Under the pieces are notes generated by a model, which was given only the letters and a program-made list of their open reading frames with translations, made no database searches and was not told the origin of the DNA. A program made the position numbers and the translations under genes. Shown piece after piece: positions 63,389-64,000 of a stretch of 64,000 nt of DNA. Every line of letters begins with the position of its first letter. Position 1 is the stretch's first letter. Source of the DNA: an uncultured Pelagibacteraceae bacterium (GTDB lineage Bacteria > Pseudomonadota > Alphaproteobacteria > Pelagibacterales > Pelagibacteraceae); the NCBI GenBank assembly GCA_902583295.1, contig CACHUY010000003.1:694-64693 (forward strand). Direction: 5' to 3'.

Positions 63389-63756
63389 TGGCAGATAAAA
63401 TAGGAAAACCAATTTCACAAAGACAGCTTAGAGTTGGAGAAATGATCAAACAGTCTTTAAGCATGATTTTTATAAGAAATGAGGCTAAGGTCCCGAATTT
63501 AGAAACAAAAACAATAACGGTTACTGAGGTTAGAATGAGTCCAGATTTAAAAATAGCTAAGGCATATGTACTTCCATTAGGAGGAAAAGATGCTGAGGAG
63601 ACAATAAATACATTAAAAGAGTACTCATTTTTAATAAGAAAAATTTTATCACAAAAAGTGGTTATGAAATTTTTACCAAAATTACTTTTTAGAAAAGACG
63701 AGTCTTTTGAGTATGCGGAAAAAATAGAAAATTTAATAAAACAAACAAATAAATAG
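63388..63756 (+). CDS. rbfA: Ribosome-binding factor A
   Basis: RQLRVGE.I, TVTEV.MSPDL..AK, P.L.F..D.S motifs. Confidence 0.95.
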   Translation: MADKIGKPISQRQLRVGEMIKQSLSMIFIRNEAKVPNLETKTITVTEVRMSPDLKIAKAYVLPLGGKDAEETINTLKEYSFLIRKILSQKVVMKFLPKLLFRKDESFEYAEKIENLIKQTNK

Positions 63757-63768
63757 GAAAAATAAGGC

Positions 63769-64000
63769 ATGAATAAAAAGTTACAAGAATTAGCAATGCA
63801 TGATAAAGATACTGGATCTTCTGAGATACAGATTGCTTTATTAACAGAAAAAATTGAAACTCTCTCTAAACATATTAAGCAATTCAAAAAAGACAAACAC
63901 TCGTCTGTTGGATTGTTGAGAGCAGTGAATAGAAGAAAGAAATTGTTGGAATACCTAAAAAAAACAAAAATGGACTCTTACAAGAATGTACTGTCGAAGT
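63769..64000 (+). CDS. rpsO: 30S ribosomal protein S15 (runs off window end)
   Basis: Hand translation MNKKLQELAMHDKDTGSSEIQIALLTEKI...KKDKHS..GLL..VNRRKKLLEYL. Confidence 0.95.
   Translation, partial: MNKKLQELAMHDKDTGSSEIQIALLTEKIETLSKHIKQFKKDKHSSVGLLRAVNRRKKLLEYLKKTKMDSYKNVLSK

Noticed and set aside
20-63896. Many 60-175 aa alternative-frame or antisense ORFs in the ORF track (e.g. 6850..7200, 40603..40986, 46142..46606, 63369..63896)
   Set aside because: They lie within or opposite well-supported genes, have no motifs, and show typical shadow-ORF composition.

Overview
Very AT-rich, extremely gene-dense alphaproteobacterial chromosome segment. Gene content and order strongly suggest SAR11/Pelagibacterales (inference). 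It covers the probable replication origin region: ftsK-lolA, his genes, hslVU, secB, dnaQ-coaE-aroE-maf-PSRP, a candidate oriC with DnaA-box-like sites and DnaA-trios upstream of hemE, hemEHJ-rho, mnmEG-rsmG(parS)-parAB, holA-lptE-leuS, dapB-dnaJK-grpE, maeB, murJ-trpS, fur-miaB-phoH-ybeY-lnt-metK and nusA-infB-rbfA-rpsO. I recognised no rRNA, tRNA, CRISPR array or transposase. The main non-core element is a tandem porin duplication with a MarR-like regulator between the copies; the copies have identical 5' and terminator blocks, divergent loops and related TGT-N12-ACA palindromes upstream (candidate porin switching/diversifying module). Also notable: a GT41 glycosyltransferase plus sulfotransferase islet between rho and mnmE; two small genes missed by the ORF track (a 47-aa lipoprotein inside the his operon and a 40-aa ArfA-like ribosome rescue factor); a CenR-like regulator with a degenerate receiver domain; and many apparently leaderless or overlapping gene starts. 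All product calls come from motif and synteny recognition, not database searches.
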